From Tubiluchus corallicola (taxonomy: Eukaryota; Animalia; Priapulida): a DNA stretch of 64,000 nt. The stretch spans positions 62,001 to 126,000 of the forward strand of contig JAQGDQ010000163.1 of the NCBI GenBank assembly GCA_030141605.1, in the 5' to 3' direction. The notes under the pieces were generated by a model. It did not search any database and was not told where the DNA came from. It saw only the letters and a list, made by a program, of their open reading frames with translations. The position numbers and the translations under genes were made by a program. This document shows, piece after piece, positions 40,724-53,389 of the stretch (positions are counted from its first letter, which is position 1; the number at the start of each line of letters is the position of its first letter).

Positions 40724-42850
40724 CTATGAAGTACCTCTGACTATCGCGACGACCAAGTGATCATCTTTTGTTGGTTCGTGAATTATATTAGGGGCCTTAG
40801 GCAGAAGGAGGTCCAAGGAAAATTGACAGGGCGGAAAAGCGTACAGGATTCCACTTCCTTCCTTTTCCTTGTTCTGCAGTGCTATGACACCAGCAGCTTC
40901 TTTCTGCTTTAAGTATGCGACAAGATTCTTGAGGGGCCGTTGTTGATACTTGGCATCCTCCGGCTGTGGGTTACCGTTCATCGCCAGCAGAAGGGCTGTG
41001 CCAGTTTGTTGCGAAGCCATAATGCGTTTGGAAACGTCTTCCAATTTTGGTTGGTCTAGACGAAGTCGCTGTGTTATGCGGAGCATGTCTACTCCAGCAT
41101 TTTCCTTTAGCAGCTCCAGAAGGGCTGGATCTCCACTGACCATGTGCATTTTAGTTGAAAACGATGAATTCTTCAGCAACAAGCAACCGTGAAATCCCAC
41201 AGGAAAACACTTGGCAAGATCAGACACACTTGTGAGTTTTTCCATGACCCCTCCACGTTCTCGTCTCTCCTCTCCTCGACGATCAAATCCACGATCATCA
41301 TACTGATCATCACCCTGCTCAGGACTGTAATTGCGTTCACCATATACTGGCTTGCGATGGTTAGGGGAGCGTTCCCGTGAATACCGCTGGTAATCCCGTC
41401 TATCATCATGATATTCCTCACTAGGATATGGTCCCCTACGGTAATCATTATAACCCCTACCACGGCCACCTTCCCATCCTCCTCTTCCCCGATAACCACC
41501 TCGACCTCTATACCCCTCCCTTCCATATCCACCTCTTCCGTATTCTCCTCTGTAACCATCATTTTGGGGGCCATCCCTATATCGACCATAGTCATCATGA
41601 TAATCTGGTGGTCCATGTGGGCCACCAGGAGGACCCGCTTGTTGTTTACGGGGCGGAGGAACGTAACCTTCAGGATCAGCAAAATCTACTCTTAACCGCT
41701 TATCTGGGCCTCCAAGAGGAAATCCTCTCATTTCCTGGCTGGCAGCTTGTGCAGCATCAATACTATCATAAAGAACATAAGCATAATTATCCCCCTTAAC
41801 ATAATCAATCTTTTGAATGGCTCCAAAGCGATCAAATTCGCGTTCAAGGGCAGCTAGAGAAGTCCATGGACCCAACCCACCAACCCAAAGTCTAGTTGTA
41901 GGCATGGCTTTACCATAACCGATTTTGCATTCAAATTTTCCAATGTACTGTCCAGACATTTCCACCTTAGCTTTGTGAGCCATGTCCAAATTCTCAAATT
42001 TCAAAAAGGCATAGGCATTTCCTTGGCCTGGATGGGCAGGTCGCTTGATGTCAACATCTTCAATTTTTCCATATTTTCCAAAAATACGCCTTAGCTCCTC
42101 TTCAGGCATACTGGGATCTAAATTCCCAATGAAAATCGTCCGTGTTGCCTTCTGGTCATCTTCAGGGTTAACATGAGTTAAATAGTCTGGAAAATCTCGT
42201 TTCTTTCTCGGCTGGTCATATTTAGGTCCACCGTAACCCATATCCATGCGCCCTCTAGGTGGCCCATAATCACCCCTTGGTGGTGGACTACCAAATCCTG
42301 GTGGCCCTCTCATTGGTGGTCCTCTATAGCCCATTTCATATTCACGTTCCCTATAATCTGGACTATAAGCTCTTTTGTTCCTATTTGAATACACAGACTC
42401 TAAGCGAACTGGCTTGTCAAACAACACTAAACGCATACGAGCATATTTTGCTTCACGTGCGTCATCTGGATGTCGAAAATTCAAATAAGCTACTCTTTCA
42501 TCGCCACGCATTGTGACTTTCACATTTAGTTCACCAAACTTGATAAATTCTTGCATTAAAGCATCTCTAACCAAACCATCGGACACTTGATGGTTAATAC
42601 CAGACACACATAAAGATGTATACTCTGGACTACGATCCATATCAGGCATTTCTCTCACTGGTGGACCGCGTTTGTCGTACTTCGGAGGAGGTCCCATATC
42701 AATATCATCACGATACGGTGGCGGCCCACGCCCCGGACTGCGTCTATCACGTCTTCCTCTTTCAGGACTAAATCTTTCACGTGGCATATCGTCAGAAAGG
42801 CGAGGTCTCTTATTTTTTTGCATTGGATCGCGCTTTTCTTGTCTTTTCAA
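40724..42850 (-). CDS. RBM15: RNA-binding protein 15 / spenito (m6A writer complex adaptor), single coding exon
   Basis: 708-aa ORF with RRM1, RRM2 (DDQKATRTIFIGNL), RRM3 (PTTRLWVGGLGPWTSL), an RGG-rich linker and a SPOC domain (LRITQRLRLDQPKL, RPLKNLVAYLKQKEAAGVI). The first ATG is at 42823; the ORF opens with TTG at 42850. Confidence 0.97.
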   Translation of the reverse strand: MKRQEKRDPMQKNKRPRLSDDMPRERFSPERGRRDRRSPGRGPPPYRDDIDMGPPPKYDKRGPPVREMPDMDRSPEYTSLCVSGINHQVSDGLVRDALMQEFIKFGELNVKVTMRGDERVAYLNFRHPDDAREAKYARMRLVLFDKPVRLESVYSNRNKRAYSPDYREREYEMGYRGPPMRGPPGFGSPPPRGDYGPPRGRMDMGYGGPKYDQPRKKRDFPDYLTHVNPEDDQKATRTIFIGNLDPSMPEEELRRIFGKYGKIEDVDIKRPAHPGQGNAYAFLKFENLDMAHKAKVEMSGQYIGKFECKIGYGKAMPTTRLWVGGLGPWTSLAALEREFDRFGAIQKIDYVKGDNYAYVLYDSIDAAQAASQEMRGFPLGGPDKRLRVDFADPEGYVPPPRKQQAGPPGGPHGPPDYHDDYGRYRDGPQNDGYRGEYGRGGYGREGYRGRGGYRGRGGWEGGRGRGYNDYRRGPYPSEEYHDDRRDYQRYSRERSPNHRKPVYGERNYSPEQGDDQYDDRGFDRRGEERRERGGVMEKLTSVSDLAKCFPVGFHGCLLLKNSSFSTKMHMVSGDPALLELLKENAGVDMLRITQRLRLDQPKLEDVSKRIMASQQTGTALLLAMNGNPQPEDAKYQQRPLKNLVAYLKQKEAAGVIALQNKEKEGSGILYAFPPCQFSLDLLLPKAPNIIHEPTKDDHLVVAIVRGTS

Positions 42851-43244
42851 TCAAATATTATATTGCACAAAGCGCAAAATTCACTAAAACCACTTCAACA
42901 AGCCACCATTTTGTGCAACGAAATTTTTTTAGAAAATACGGAATATACGAGACGGACCAACACAGAAAGATATTTCAAGCTCAGTTCACGACCATTAGAA
43001 CTCGTTTCAGTTTAGTCACTATAAATAATTCTAAATGCATGCAGGAAGAAATGTGATCGGATTAGCATAAATTGCTTTTATGACAATAACCGCTCGCAGT
43101 AGCATTACCTATAAACCATTAAATTTTGAAATTACCATAGTGACTTCAAATGTTAACAAGAAGGTTTTATTGTTGCTGCTGCTTAACTCACTTCAAAATC
43201 TTTGCTCATGTTGATGCTATTTTCATTAATGATTTGAATAATAT

Positions 43245-43480
43245 TAATGTTGTTGTTGTTGTTGTTGTTAATACTGATGATGATGAAAATGACGTTGGTG
43301 AATGACGTTGATGACGACGACAAAGGTGGTGATCAGGGTGATTAAGATGATGTAGAAGACAAAGAAAGATAAAGAAAATGACAACAAAACTAGTAATAAT
43401 AATAAAAGTGATGATAACAAATAATGATGATGATGAAAATGATGATGATAACAAATACAAATGCAATGATGTTGCTGTTG
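43245..43480. repeat. (GTT)n/(GAT)n low-complexity tract
   Basis: Directly visible. Confidence 0.85.
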
Positions 43481-44120
43481 TTTAGTTAGAAAAATAGCAT
43501 ATGCAATTTTGCTTACCTTCAAAGCCCATAGATTTAATTATAAAAATAATTATTAACAATCAAAACATTGCATAATGTCGACACAACTTGCATCAGAAGG
43601 ACATGAGTTTGATTTAAACTAAAAGGTATGTGATGGACGATATAGTTACATGATGGGTAAGTTATATAATACGACTTTACCCCATTGAAAAATGTCATCC
43701 ACAATGCCAGGTGGAAAGATTATAGTAACTATATGTCTAAAGTACATCAGCAAGAATGGTACAAAAAGCATCTCAATTAGCTTTATTTTAACAAAAACTC
43801 TCCAAAGAAAAAGCTAGGAGCTTTGTTGAAGTAGCTCTGAATGAGGAGAACTGAGATGGACAAATAGTCAAAGGGTATGATTAGTTGAAGTGCTTCTGTC
43901 AGCAATCAGCATTATGTACCTTTAACAGACCAAAGATTAATCGATAATGATTGAGGCCCAGCAAAGAACTCTCATTTGCAGTATTATCAGGAGTTCATGT
44001 AAAATCTTTAAGAATTTGAACCAGGTGGCCAGATATGGCAAAGTTGAAACCAGAGATTCGATTGTCGATTGTGCAAACGTAAGGAGTAAGCATCAAACAT
44101 TCCAATTCAATGTCCATTAT

Positions 44121-44350
44121 ATTCGATTCGAACGAGTTTTTAGTTCGAATTCGGTTCAGAACCTAAAATTATGGATTCGAATAATTCACCAATTCAACTA
44201 CATGAGTTGCTCATCAATAAAGTTTTTGAAGCTGTATTACAAAAGCAAGTCAATTTAGCACGATTTCTGTGCATAGTTTTTAAACAAAGTATTAGTATTT
44301 TTACTGCTGAACGAAATCCAGCAATATGCATGATCTTTGCGAGATTTAGG
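44121..44350 (+). mobile_element. Dispersed repeat (ATTCGA-rich MITE family), copy 1
   Basis: Shares the blocks gaacgagtttttagttcg, ttcaactacat, atttctgtgca, tttttaaacaaa.tattagtatttttactgc and atgcatgatcttt with the reverse complement of 55930-56148. Confidence 0.7.
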
Positions 44351-45084
44351 ATTTCAAATATTGAGACTCCATTCAGTTCAGGAGTGAGAAAAAATGTCTA
44401 TACTAGATGAGATGGCGTGTAATCGCCATGCAAAACTCGCAATATATACAGAAAAAACAGGTATGTAGTAGAGTGTGCAGACGTCACATGGGAGCACACG
44501 AATTCCTGCAGCTAATTTTCCAGCCCAGTATCATTAGCTTGGGTAATGAATGTCTAATTCATGCATACATATTATATACACCGATATGATTACAAAGACC
44601 AAGAAAGGCAGAGCAATTCAATTCACTAAAATTCGCCAGAGAAGTTGCTATCCAGTTTACATTAAGAATAAAAGTGCCAAAATATCTGAAATGTTCAGAA
44701 GCAGAATATTTTTAACACAAATAAAACAGCGTCGAAAGCCTCTGACATTGCTGAAGCAAAAGTAGCAACCATATTAACACTCTTCTGCAAAGACTGTTTT
44801 CCATGGACATATCTTATTTGCGAATTTTTAATTTGACTTTTTTACTATGTCTCGGACTGACAAGAAAACAAAGGAAATCTTCAGAAAGGCACTCTTTCAT
44901 GTGGCCCGATTACAGCATCATGATTGCTACGAAAATAGCTGCACGGCTACCATACACACATGCCCATAATAATACAGCTACCTGAATTTTTTAACATGAT
45001 GATGAGAGGTCAGCCTCTCAAAACTTTACTAGTAAGTTTGGGACCCTTCCCTGTGAGGCAAATATGCGAACGGTCTGCCAGACG

Positions 45085-45190
45085 CAATCCGAACTGATGC
45101 CAATTATTGATTTTTTTTAAAACTGATACCGATCCGATACTGACTGCCTCAAAACCGATAATACCGATTAACCGATTATTGATTATTGTT
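45085..45190. mobile_element. CCGAT(A)-repeat MITE fragment (hAT-like)
   Basis: ccgaactgatgccaatt...gataccgatccgatac...ccgataataccgattaaccgatta; same motif family as 45397 and ~45865. Confidence 0.45.
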
Positions 45191-45396
45191 TAAATCAGCT
45201 ATAAAAGTAAATTATTAACACTTGTGTTCACAATTAGAAAATTTAAAGTATCTTTCAAAACTGGAGATGTTTACCTGTCTTTATGTAAAAACCTTTTTGC
45301 TACTAATGCTGGAAGTTCAGACAGCTTCTTCTATTATTACATTATCAAGTAATTACGCTAGACCTTCCCAGTTTGTATTAAAATGTGTGTACACGT

Positions 45397-45542
45397 TAGT
45401 GTTGGTTCGAACCGATGCCAATTTTGTTATTTTCCTCGAAATCGATACTAAACCAATACCGATTTTGTTTATTTTCCTCGAAACGGCTACTTATTCTGCA
45501 TTTTTCGCGAACATCTGCAACCGATCTATCAGAACAACACTA
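45397..45542. mobile_element. MITE with TAGTGTTG...CAACACTA TIRs
   Basis: Terminal inverted repeats and internal ccgat repeats. A related end, in inverted orientation, lies at ~45860-45888. Confidence 0.55.
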
Positions 45543-46896
45543 CTAAGCCTACAATTAGAACAAGGGAGAATTGGAACAATTAAGACCAAACCTATAAGAA
45601 AGCGGAGGGAGTTCCTTAGTCCTAAAAAAGCAACAAAACCAGGCTTCAATATAATTTAAATTGGGGATCGGGGGGACGGGAGAATAATAAGGAATGAAGA
45701 AGTAGTGTATTTCGCAGATAGTTCGTAACGTTTGGTGTTACAAGGTATGTGACGTGAAATGAGGTAATGTAGCATGATATGATTGGCATTATAATGATGA
45801 CGTGTTATTTGGTGTAACTTGGTGAAATGCGACCGGTATTGGTTTTGAGGAAAACAAAAAAATTGGCATCGGCTCGGACCAACACTGACGTGAATACGCC
45901 ATTTCAATACAAACTGTATTTGCGTAATTATGGTCTTATGTGCAATGGCACGTACTTTAGCATACCATTTGTGTCACATTGGCGTGGCTTTGCTATTATG
46001 TAATTTGTTTGTTACTGCGGAGCGCAATACAATATGTTTGATGCTAGTGGTGTTGCAAGCGGTGTGGATGGCGTGAGGTGATAAAACATATTAAAGTGAT
46101 CAGTATTATATGGTATGCTAACAGGTAATGTAGTATGCTACAATGTTTTTGCAGGTGTGCTGCGGTGTGAGAGTGTCATGCGCATATTGTACCTAGGTAT
46201 AACGTGCCACACATGGTCTACAACTGTTAACGTAGATTCTACTCAGTCATTTTCGAGTTAACAGCTAGTTATAAGCAACTAATGAACTAAACAACGCATA
46301 TTAGGTTGGTTTCTTCTAAAGCGAACCAAGCTTTAAATGAATATAGCCTTGCGATACGTTAAATTGTTGCTTATGTACTGATGCTAATTTTTGGTGTGAA
46401 TAGATTTTTTTGTGACTGACACTTCAGTTATTACTGCATTTGTGATGTACATGTACTAGATATTTTTGAAATAAAATGCTCTCGGGTTTTAATAAACCAT
46501 AATGCAAATTTGCAGTGTCATCTGCTTCGTTAATTTTAAAAACTGCAAATTACTGAATTAAAATGGATAATCAAAAAGCGAAACAGTCAATTGAGTGGTT
46601 ATAATTGTTATACCATACGAGTTTAAAAAAAATGATGTGAGAACTAGGAAATGGTGGTGATTAAAATTTAATAGACAAAAATAAAGAAATAGGTGCAACA
46701 ATAAATTTTATTGGTAGTCTGATGCCTAAATGTCTCTTTGCCAAAGTGTCCCGTCCCAAGCGTTCCGTGTTCTCGTGTCACATACCTCGTGTCACGTAGT
46801 GTGGTGCAAGTTAGCGAGGTAATTAATTTTGTGCTTACGGTGATTATAGTCTGTCAATTTGATACTGTGTGGTGAATTATTAAAGAGGGTTAGATG

Positions 46897-47383
46897 CAGC
46901 GGAGGATTATGATTTTATGGGCCTTAGGCTTGAGCTTGGAACGGGCCTTTTAAATGTTGCTACACTGCTGAGCTGACGTGTTTTTGTGGAGCTCTCGTCG
47001 TTTGTAAAGGATGACAAATTAAACAATTTATCACTGATGCATATTGAGTCAGATATGTTGAAAAAAATGGACTTTTCAGAAATTATAACTGACTTTGTCC
47101 CCAGAAAAATTCGGAAACTGAAATTTTGAACTTAAACTGTGTAAACGTGAATTGTGTAAACTTAAATTGTGTAAACTTGATTTGTGTAAACCCGATATGA
47201 AATATAGTGACTGACTTTTGAAAAAAAAACTTTTTTCTATATTTTATTTTGGCGGGCCCCTTGCTCTTTTGTCAATTTATTTTTTTAAAACAAAAAATTT
47301 TTTTTCGTTTTATTTTGCCGGGCCCCTTTTGATCCCGGGCCTTAGGCTTCAGCCTATTCAGCCTATAGGGCTATCCGCTACAG
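46897..47383 (+). mobile_element. Internally deleted hAT element retaining the transposase C-terminus
   Basis: Perfect 8-bp TSD GTTAGATG (46889-46896 and 47384-47391) and imperfect TIRs. 47010-47129 encodes DDKLNNLSLMHIESDMLKKMDFSEIITDFVPRKIRKLKF*, the end of the hAT dimerisation domain. Confidence 0.85.
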
Positions 47384-48639
47384 GTTAGATGCCCCGTATG
47401 GTGTAATTAATGCAGTGTTATTATTGTGATGACTGGCTTAATCTATAATCAGTGTAGGACGACAGTGGTGGCTCTGTTTCATGCGCTTGGAGCGTATACC
47501 CAGTTCCGTAATTATTCCGTACAGAATTATGTATAGTTTGACATGTGCAGCGCATTAACTCACAAAGCGTACTCGTCTCAGTCGAGCCTTAAAAACCGAC
47601 TTCTCTATTATATATGCATATATACACATGCGCAGCTGAGTCGGCAGCTGCTTAAACTAAACAATCCAACATTATGACTCTGACAAACAGCTTTACTGAA
47701 ATAACTCCGATCAGAGGAAGCCCATCGCAGTCACTAAACATCAGCAGCATTGAGAAGCCAGTAGTGTTATACAGCGGTGTCTAAATGTGTTATCAGCGAC
47801 TCAGCTCAAGAGGTTAAATGAAGATTTAGGGAAGGATTCCAGACAGTTTAGAAAGCTTGAGTTATGAGGATAAAACAGAAAGCAGATGGTTTCAAAAGAA
47901 TGGTAAAGATGAAACAGAGGACCTAAAAATAATGTTTATTAGTGTTGATAATATATAAGCTTTATGCAGTTATTTTAGTTAATTCCTTGGAAAGACGTTA
48001 TAATTATCAAAACAAATTGTTGATAGCCGATTAAGTCAGTGATGTGAGTCCAGTACGGTCTAAATCGCAGTTTAACAGTGCTATTAGAACGATTGTAACG
48101 ACTCGGTTTGATATTAAATGACATCTGTGATAATGCATATTAATGAAAAACAGTGGAATTCAACGCAAATTCACAGTGCTTGTGCATATAATCTCCCAGG
48201 CTGAGCATTGTTAGTCAGTACCAAGGTAAACTTAACAGTTCAGGTATTTTTCTCAGTAATAATTAAAATATTCGTTTACGTACCAGGTATAAGCATCCGA
48301 AGTATCTACGTTTGGCAGTTAAACCAGAAAGTTGTCGTTGTTGTTGTTGTTGTTTGTTGTAGGTAGCGTATTTTTGTTCAGTAATAGAGTTTACAAAGAA
48401 TACTCTAAACCTCAGTTCATTTTTCGACGTGACTGCCATTACAGTATTAAATATGACCTACTAATTACTTAAGGCTTGTCATATCAGTCTACTACATCAA
48501 CTTGAGCCCCTTTGCCGCTCTGTCTACATTAGTTTGTTGTTGCACACAATAGTAAACCAGTTAACTAACTGCTTCACATTCACCCTTTGTAAATTTGGTG
48601 AATGACACTCCTAAATTTTGGCCCAGTGAGTGGACTTAA

Positions 48640-48658
48640 ATATATATATACATACATA

Positions 48659-48724
<66 letters not shown>
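48640..48724. repeat. (TA)n(CA)n(TA)n compound microsatellite
   Basis: Directly visible. Confidence 0.95.
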
Positions 48725-48725
<1 letters not shown>

Positions 48726-50034
48726 CACTAAATGAAATTAGGTTGCCTCCGACAACAGCAGGAGTAAAAATTAAGAAACAGCAAGCTGCGCATCTTTAAG
48801 GAGTAGAGCTGATAATGGGTTTGTTAATGGGAGCGGGTTAATTATTAAAAGATGCGATCTAGATAACTATGTTCATTAAAATTGATTCAGTTACAATGGT
48901 CTAGGGCGTTCAAAGCCTAATATAAGAGGTGTGAGTTGAATAAGGACCGTTGGAGTTTGGCTTCACAGTAATGCACTTTGCCTGCTGTATTGATGTGTAT
49001 TGTTGTGCGGCTATTATACAGGCATGCAGGCGTGTGGGCAGTTAGCTTTGACCATAAATTGTTTGGTAATTATAATTTTATACGGTTTTGCAAGGTACAA
49101 TCGGAATTACTGTCACGCTGGTCTGGTAACGAGGGGCGTAATACTGTGAGGGAGGTACTCAAGTCATGGATATGAAAACAGCAACCACTGTATTCTAGAT
49201 GCAAAACCGTATTAGTTGACAAGCAGAAATATGTTTTAAATAGTTTTTAACAGAAATAATTTTTGTTGCATAAAACTTTGGTTACCGTCGGACACGAGCA
49301 TTTTGTGCCAACCTGTAGAATCAGACCATGCCACGGCGTGAGCTGCCCCGAAGGGACCTTTCCCGGCGCCTATATTTTTGGTCCACTATGTTAGATATTG
49401 GAATATCTCGTGTTGTATACTAAATTAGTGGGCTGTTTACGCTCATTTTTTATTCATCTCTACGTGTTTACTGTGATTTCTGCTTTGTATGTTTACAATC
49501 AGTACAATTTCTGTCTGTTTGCCATCTGATTTATTGGGGTATTTTGAGAAAATCTACAGCATAAAGATTGCAGGATAACAAATTACCCAGGATAGTTACA
49601 CGTTACAGCTTGAAGATCAAAGATCAACACAGTTGAAGCTTGTGGCTTGTGATATATCACTGAATAATCAGCTCGTCTCAGCAGCTGTTGCAACTACGTG
49701 TGACGTAACACGACTTGACTGTACTTGACAGTTATTACAATTAACTAGGCGGAATTTGTAGTTCTGTGCGTGACGGTTTGGGACAAGCCACGCTGACCGT
49801 ACCTTAATTACTATAGCTCTTGGATTTCGCCAGAGCACCAAAATAGCTATTTGGTGTAAAACTTGACAAAATTAAGCCTTGACGAAAACAGCTCGCGATG
49901 GAACTATTGGAACCAATCCCAGCTTATGAAGCAGAAACGTTTTTGGAATGACAAGATAAACAAAGAATGAGTCACCATCTCATTCTCGTCGTTATTATCA
50001 TCCTAATTGAATTCCTCGCCCTCATCATCAAATA

Positions 50035-50157
50035 ACGCGTCTGCTTTCCGTCTGGGAAGTCGTGAGTTCAATACTGCGGCCGAGTCATACCAAAAACATC
50101 AAAAAATGGTACCCGCTGCACTGCCTGGCGCGTGGTATTTAGGGTTAAAAGTGGGGT
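50035..50157 (+). mobile_element. tRNA-derived SINE fragment, MetaSINE-like central domain
   Basis: B-box-like gagttcaatac followed by ccgagtcataccaaa...aaaaatggtaccc.gctgc...cctggcgc...tttagggtt. Family resemblance recalled from memory. Confidence 0.5.
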
Positions 50158-50989
50158 AATAATAATCTGTCATGCAGGTGTAGTTTGTCATTTACAGTCA
50201 ACGATAAAAGCCGTATTGTGGGCCTGTGTTGTTTGTTTTAAAGCTGATTTTAAATAAAGTTTTTTTCACTGGCGTACGTAAGCAATCACAATCATTGCTT
50301 ATACTAACAACATGTTGATTTGCGTTTACTGTTTTGACACCCTTTGCTATTCGCATTCTAACTTTTTGAAAGTTCACTACAGTATTTGGTGAATTTTTCT
50401 CAGCCGAGATGAAGAGAACAAACAAGCATGCGATGTTTGGAAATAAATTAGGCGGCTAACTGGCACAACGAAACAAGTTTTCTGCAGTGGTTTACCAAGA
50501 ACTGTGACTGAGCAACGATAAATGAAGACAGATGCGCGGAAAGGGCAACACGGCGTTTTCAGAAGAGTAATACAAAAAGGAGGTCTACAGAGTGCATCTG
50601 TGCATTTTACCGAAATTCGGAGTGCTTGCGTGTTTATTTTGTTTTGGCAGAACTGATTTTCATGGCAAGTTTTATGATATAAGGTTTTGACAATGTTGTG
50701 TTGAAAGTAATTTATGTCTTCGGATGTAAAACTGAAACAACATTCACAAGGAAGAACCTCTACACGGCTACTTAGCAGGCATAAGTGACATAAACAGCCC
50801 AAACCTAATAATTACTAACAGGATGCGTGACCAACAGGAAAACTATTTTCGTGTGTTTTCTGCTATATTATCCCCAGCTACTGCATAATAATAATAATTT
50901 CGTTTGCGACATAGTCCAAGTTTGTTCCTAAGTAATTTAGTACTTATTTCCTAGGTGGTTCCGATTATTATTACAGGTGTGTTACTTCG

Positions 50990-51070
50990 ATAAACCCCGA
51001 GTGCTTGGTCGAAGAACCAGCAGTCAGGAGTTGAATCTGCGACCGCCCACTTGCTACCACTGCGGCTAAG
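50990..51070 (-). mobile_element. Possible tRNA-derived SINE head
   Basis: Minus strand has tagccgcagtgg (A-box-like) followed by gattcaactcc (B-box-like). Confidence 0.3.
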
Positions 51071-53284
51071 ACACTTTTGCCAGTAGTGTCTCATCTCAAT
51101 AATGAACCATGTACAGTCCTGCCGCAACCCTATGCAGAAAAATAAATCGTAGCAGCGTACCTCCAAAACAGTACTTGAATTAGTATTTAAAGTCAATTTT
51201 CAGGCCTTAAAATTTTGGCACAACATACACACACATATGCTACACTTCTGTATTATTTTCGGTAACAAATGGATGTTAATCACGTTACCAGTATTCAATA
51301 CTTTGCACCAATCCCCCATGCATGGACAGGATAATTTCAATGCAATCATGTTAGAATAACTCGGTGTTCTCAGTACAGTTCATAATTATAGCTGCCATGC
51401 ATGCTGGATTGTCGAACGAAAGCATTTATAAAACTATAAACATTTATTGTACCCTCAATTACCACCGGCTTCCTGCTGAGTGAGGACCAGGGTGGTGATT
51501 TACTGGGCTTCTCTGTTCATACATGCTGTCGTAAACTGACCTTAATTTGTACTCTTAGGCATCGACCTACAAATAAGCCAAGTTCAGGTATCGACTTAGA
51601 AAACAGTTAATTTTTATTTTGATCAGATATACCGAACCTGCAAAAAACGAATTTGTGTACACGATAAAAAGCAAATTTAAACATTTATGCATATTTTTAT
51701 TTAATTTTTATTTTATTACGGGAAACAAAACACGATACGATGACAAATGTACGACGATATGATACAGTAATATTATATTAAAATGGATATGACATGATGT
51801 CAGTATAAATTGCTGCTTGCATAATAGTCAGAAGCATTACTTGGGGGACTATAATGCAATTAATAGTGCAGATGTTAGGGTGCAGAAAAGGGAAGTTGAT
51901 AAAACGAAAGAATGATAGTGGAGGGTGGAGGAGATGGGAATACATAGATCGCAAAACGTCAATCAACCAGCGGGGTCCCCCCCCCCTCGTGACGGCCAAA
52001 AAGCGACTCACAAACACGTGCAGATATTTCACTGAAATATCCTGCTAGAATTAAGGTCAAGTGGGTATAATTATTATTATTAATTTTATTTTCTCCAGAC
52101 ATACAAGATTTTTGCAGGTAATACGGAAAGACTCGAAACAGTCAGATTTTTCAGTTTCATCAAGTCAAAAAACTCAAACAAATCTGCCGATGAAAAAATC
52201 TCTTCCAGTTCGGTAAACAAAATGAACTAACCTTTTCTAATTAATAAAAAGGCTGTCTATCCCAATGTAATTAGTTTCCTAGTTTTTTAATTAAATCTTT
52301 TATGCTGTTACAAGAGATTGCCATATACTACTATTGCGACTATCTATTGGCAGGTCTAGGTTAGTGAAATGATGTGAATTAAATGAATATGAGATTTCAT
52401 CGCAAAATGTATTAGGTACAAAAGTACAATGTGGGCCAGTCTGTCACGCACTGTGAATGTGAACTTGGGTCAGACACACGTTGAACGTTTAATATGAATC
52501 TAAGAATGAAGTTTACAAGCTCGGAATAATCAGAGTTGTTAATTCTTCTGATATTTATAACTATCTGTGATACAATTTCACATACCGAGTAATTATTTTA
52601 GCCCAGTTGTATGTTTTGGTGTATAAAAGTAAGCGATTAGTGGCCAGTTTGAGTTTTATCATTTACGGCATCTAATTCCCACCTCACAAAGTGAAGCCAA
52701 TTGGGAGCTGTGAAATAAATTGCTTTCTACAGGACCAGATAATCCCGTCTTCACGCACAGGAAGTAAAACTTTGTGCGGTGTTTGTGTATTATTGATCAT
52801 TGATGGGAGCACGTGATGATATTGCACACTGTAGGATCACACACAGGATATAGACGTATTGGTTCGAGACCCAAACCAGCCAAATTTTGCTATTACCAGC
52901 ACATCAATATCAATATTGCACAAATACTGAATAAAGAAGAGTATCTAGTTAAGCTAATTTTTCTGTTTTGTTTCTAATAAGCCTGCCTTTAGAAAAGCTT
53001 CAGCCACAAAATTCACAGGCTTAACTAGTTACCTAACAACACCTTTTTAGTTTGCTTGGCTTTGTACATTGTACTTTGTAGATTGTACATTTTTGTAGAG
53101 ACAGCGAGTAAATGAGCGACTAGAGAAACTGAATTCAATGTACAGGTGCTTTTTGACTTTTCATGCTTTTGCAGACCAGTAGCGCTTGCACCTTCCATGA
53201 TTACCTGCTATCAGAAAAGCGCAATCCCCAAAATTAGTATCTGTTTTGTATATGACGAGCCATTAGGAGAAGTCAAGCTACCAA

Positions 53285-53389
<105 letters not shown>

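Noticed and set aside
40950-43056. Alternative-frame and antisense ORFs over RBM15, up to 169 aa
   Set aside because: They are shadows of the RBM15 coding sequence with no recognisable motifs.
43505-43535. Minus-strand ATG GGC TTT GAA G|gtaagc as an upstream coding exon of RBM15
   Set aside because: No credible acceptor with a polypyrimidine tract downstream of the in-frame stop at the start of the RBM15 ORF.
52099-52117. 19-nt micro-exon as the Ly6 N-terminus
   Set aside because: A full signal-peptide exon at 54533-54602 already explains the N-terminus; at most this is an unverified UTR exon.
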